From: Lama glama
Lineage: Eukaryota
Direction of reading: 5' to 3'
Length of the DNA: 64,000 nt
NCBI GenBank assembly: GCA_028534125.1
Contig: CM052817.1
Location: forward strand, 23,624,001 to 23,688,000
Program-made: the position numbers and the translations under genes
Shown: positions 60,853-64,000 of the stretch, one piece after another
Numbering within the stretch: position 1 is the stretch's first letter
Layout of the letters: every line of letters starts with the position of its first letter
The notes under the pieces: model-generated
Databases searched by the model: none
What the model saw: the letters and a program-made list of their open reading frames with translations, nothing else
Told to the model about the DNA's origin: nothing

Positions 60853-61982
60853 GTAATGAAGAGAGGCTGTTCTGAATTTCAGGCATTGAGACGTCCAGAA
60901 AGTAATTCAGAGCATTCTTTCATTCACTTAAAAACTAACGAATGTGCTCTATTAAACACGGGACTCTGCTGACACGAAAAGGTAAAAGTTGACAGGATTT
61001 CTCTCCTAGTGGAATTTGCTATGAGGTGGTGTCTTGTCAGCAGGACTGAAAATTAGGGTTGTCTCTGACCCTCACTTATGCGTTCCAGGAAGAAAGTGGT
61101 GCCAGGTTGTCCAGTGTGTAGATGAGAGAACTCTCCCGCCAAGACAGTGCCAGGACCAGCAGCTACCCCACTTCCAGTGTTCACCCTGGGCCAGCCCATT
61201 CATGCTCCAATTTCAGTTTTTGAGAAGAATTCCCAAGGCCGGTGCATTTTTTTCAGTCAGGAACTTAAAGTCCAGAAAGATTGAATGACATGACCAAGAT
61301 CTCCCAAGTCTCAGGTTTCACATTTGAACTCACGTCTGTCTAGCTCCCAAGAACAAGTGCCTGACATTTTCTTTGGCGTGGAAGGAATGCCGACAGCTTG
61401 GGGTTAAATATAAAGAAATCTTGCAGATGCTGGAATCTCATCATCACTGGAGTAGAGAGCCAAGACGCCCCCGACTGTCAAAGTGAGAAGAACAAAGTTA
61501 CATTAGAAACAAAGAAGTCTACAGAACTGGTTAGCACCAGAAAAGCTCCCACGAAAACTAACAGGTCTTGTGAAGCCCAAGGGCCTGGGTGCAGGGAATT
61601 CGGTCAAGCTTGGTCGTCACTTCCCAGGTCCTACCTCCCTTCTCAAGGCTTTTGTGAACCTCCATGCCTTTTGTTTTGCCTCCGGTGCTCTCGCTGGTCT
61701 CCTACATAAGGTGCAGGTAGATGGGGTCCAAATACAGTTTGCAGGAGGGCTTGAAGGAACAGCGGGAGGCCACTTACTAAGAGCAGAGACTTTGCAGACA
61801 TGCCAGGTCTGGAGCTCTGTTCTGCCACAGAATATCCTCAGGAGGTAACTCGGCTTGCTCACTTCTAAGAAAGATGCTATCATACTTGCCTTACCGAACC
61901 CTGGGAAAATCAGGGGCGGTAGCATGTGTGAGATGGCCAGGCAAAAGGCTCATGTAGAACAGATGCTCCGTACATGTTAGCT

Positions 61983-62183
61983 CAGGGTATCTCAGGTTGT
62001 TCGCTATCAGGTCACCGGAATGGAATGAAATAGATCAGAGTACATGTACTTAATAAGGACAAATTTTGTTCATGAAACTGCTTTCGGATATACATACATA
62101 TATATAGGCATGTGTGTTCTTGGATCACAGTATAAAATGCCTTTGTTACCATGAGTCACACTTTAAACTTTCGAGAGCCCCTG
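61983..62183. mobile_element. hAT-Charlie MITE (MER112-like; subfamily uncertain)
   Basis: CAGGG...CCCTG termini with 8-bp TSD TGTTAGCT/CGTTAGCT (61975-61982, 62184-62191), the hAT-typical length. Confidence 0.75.
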
Positions 62184-63234
62184 CGTTAGCTGCCTTCTTA
62201 ATGCATTTCTAGCTAATAGAACCCATGGTAGGAGATTGAATCTGAGCTTAGTCATTCTATTTGAGAATTTTACGGGATGGTTCTTATTGTTTTCCACTCT
62301 TGTTTCATATGTTACTTTTGTTTCTCCCAAAATACTTTGCAATTGCCTTTATTATATAGCATTTATCTCCCATAATTATCATTATTTGTTTACATACCTA
62401 TTGTCCCTCTAATTTTTTAAAGGCAAGGACAGCATCTTATGGTTTCTTTCGCCTCTTTCAAGGTTAACAAAGGGACCAATGAATCTTTGTGTGTTACAAA
62501 GAAAAACATGAGTTGAAGGTCCATAGTGATGTTATACTGTTTAGATGATGTTAGTAGAGCTTTCAAATGTTCCTCCATATTTAAAAATTACAAAAAATTG
62601 GGAGGGAAAATTGAGCCTGAACTTAAGAAATACGGATTCCTGACATGACTTTGCCATTCTAAGAAGATAACCTTGTGAAACTCATTTAACCTTTCTTGGC
62701 CTAAGTTGCCACCTCTTTAATGAGGCAGGTAGACTGCATGATTTTTTAAGTCTCTCTCAGATTTAATGTTTTTTTTATTTTGTTGATGATCGCATATAGC
62801 AGAAGATAAGATTAAATATAAGTGACAGTAAGAAAGAGATTTAGGATTGAGACCCCCTGATTATATAGTCAATGCTTTAACTCCCCCAAGATATATTATG
62901 GTATAATGTTGATTATAAATTTTGGGAAAGAACTAAAAGCATTTCCAACAGCTCTGCTTTGGTAAATCAGGGAGCAATTCCAAATGCCAGTTCTAATAAA
63001 CTAGAAAACCAGGGAGAAGAAATGAAAACTGAATCTTGCTTACTTTCTAGCTTTTGGTTGCATTCAATGGCTGTGGTGAATCCTCTGTGCAATTATAAGT
63101 GGTTTCAATTTATAGAGTAATGCACCAGAATCACTGTTTTAACAGTTTTTTTTTCCAAGTTGGTAGGCTGCACATAAAGAAATCATTTTTCAGAAAAATA
63201 AAGTAATATATTTTTATTTTCAGAATGTCCAGAA

Positions 63235-63400
63235 GATGGTAGGTGCTTAGTATGTGTTTGGTGAATCTAACTATCAGCTTATAGCCATTGGGCATTTTTT
63301 GTATGTTTTTCTGTTTTATCCTCAAACAACTCCATAGGCTATGAGGCACTGTGATTCCTACTGTAAAGATGAGGAATTGAGGTTCATAGACAAATAACTG
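63235..63400 (-). mobile_element. MIR SINE fragment
   Basis: ttttatcctcaaacaactccat...aagatgaggaattgaggttcataga. Confidence 0.6.
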
Positions 63401-64000
63401 GAGACTACTTCTACAGAATTGAAAATGTTATGACCTATATATGGGACAAATGAAAACATTCTGACGATGAATAAATGTCAGACAAATTGAGTATGAGCTC
63501 CAAAGTCAGAAATGAATTAGGTTCTAAGACAAATCCTAAGATTACAAACGTCTGTTGAAATTTTACAAATAGCTCAGTTCAGTGTTTTGTTTTTCTTGTT
63601 TTGTTTCAGATTCATTTGTTTACATAGGTACAGGGTCTCTGTAATAATAATGAGGAAAGTGTTATCTATCTTTTAAACATAGAAGATCCTTCTTAAGTGG
63701 TTAGCTTATAAATGAGATATAAAATAGCCATCAGGGATTAGGGAAAACCCCGGGTTTCATATATCTGCTGTCTAAGAGTGTGAATAGCAACATTCACTTT
63801 TTTAGAACATTCGTTAAAATTCTTATCCTTTCCAGTTTTCCTAAATAAAAGCTGCTTCAGAAAGAAAAATAATACCAGCTACTATCGGTCTCATGAGTGA
63901 TCCCACAGACCAAGCGTGCACCTGGCCTGTGTGTCTAGGGCCGAGGTACTTATGGGTTTGCTGCCAAGAGAAAGTAACTCTAAAGCCTGGCCGCAGGTGG

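Noticed and set aside
89..63349. ORF-track ORFs as protein-coding genes
   Set aside because: All are short, many lie in LTR/L1/L2/MIR sequence or span N gaps, and none resembles a cellular protein I recognise. The only recognisable peptides are broken L1 ORF2 fragments.
1..64000. CRISPR array, operon, tRNA/rRNA or intact provirus
   Set aside because: Eukaryotic repeat-rich DNA with no regularly spaced repeats, no RNA-gene signature, and only solo LTRs without recognisable gag/pol/env.

Overview
AT-rich, CpG-depleted mammalian non-coding DNA (large intron or intergenic). I found no credible protein-coding exon, RNA gene or CpG-island promoter. The only ORF-track peptides I recognise are decayed LINE-1 ORF2 C-terminal fragments. 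A large share of the window is transposon-derived: about 17 solo LTRs (MaLR MLT1, MLT2, ERV1/ERVL types, several with visible target-site duplications), young and old L1 fragments, L2, MIR, and Tigger and hAT-Charlie MITEs. There are two assembly gaps (100 N and 500 N). The young L1 3' UTRs are cetartiodactyl-type and I saw no Alu, Bov-tA/A2, PRE-1 or Can-SINE, so a camelid source is inferred but unverified. Repeat subfamily names come from recalled consensus features, not a database search, and boundaries without TSDs are approximate. I did not find a convincing new biological system. The best leads are: an unclassified 477-bp insertion with an 8-bp TSD that splits an L1MB; an ancient local duplication (5753-6133 vs 7718-8023); template-switch-like mutations at the same quasi-palindrome in two separate L1 copies; a tail-less, internally deleted L1 fragment inside an L2; and strong regulatory motifs in unique DNA (CTCF, multi-repeat ISRE with AP-1, NF-kB/RBPJ, RFX, CRE).
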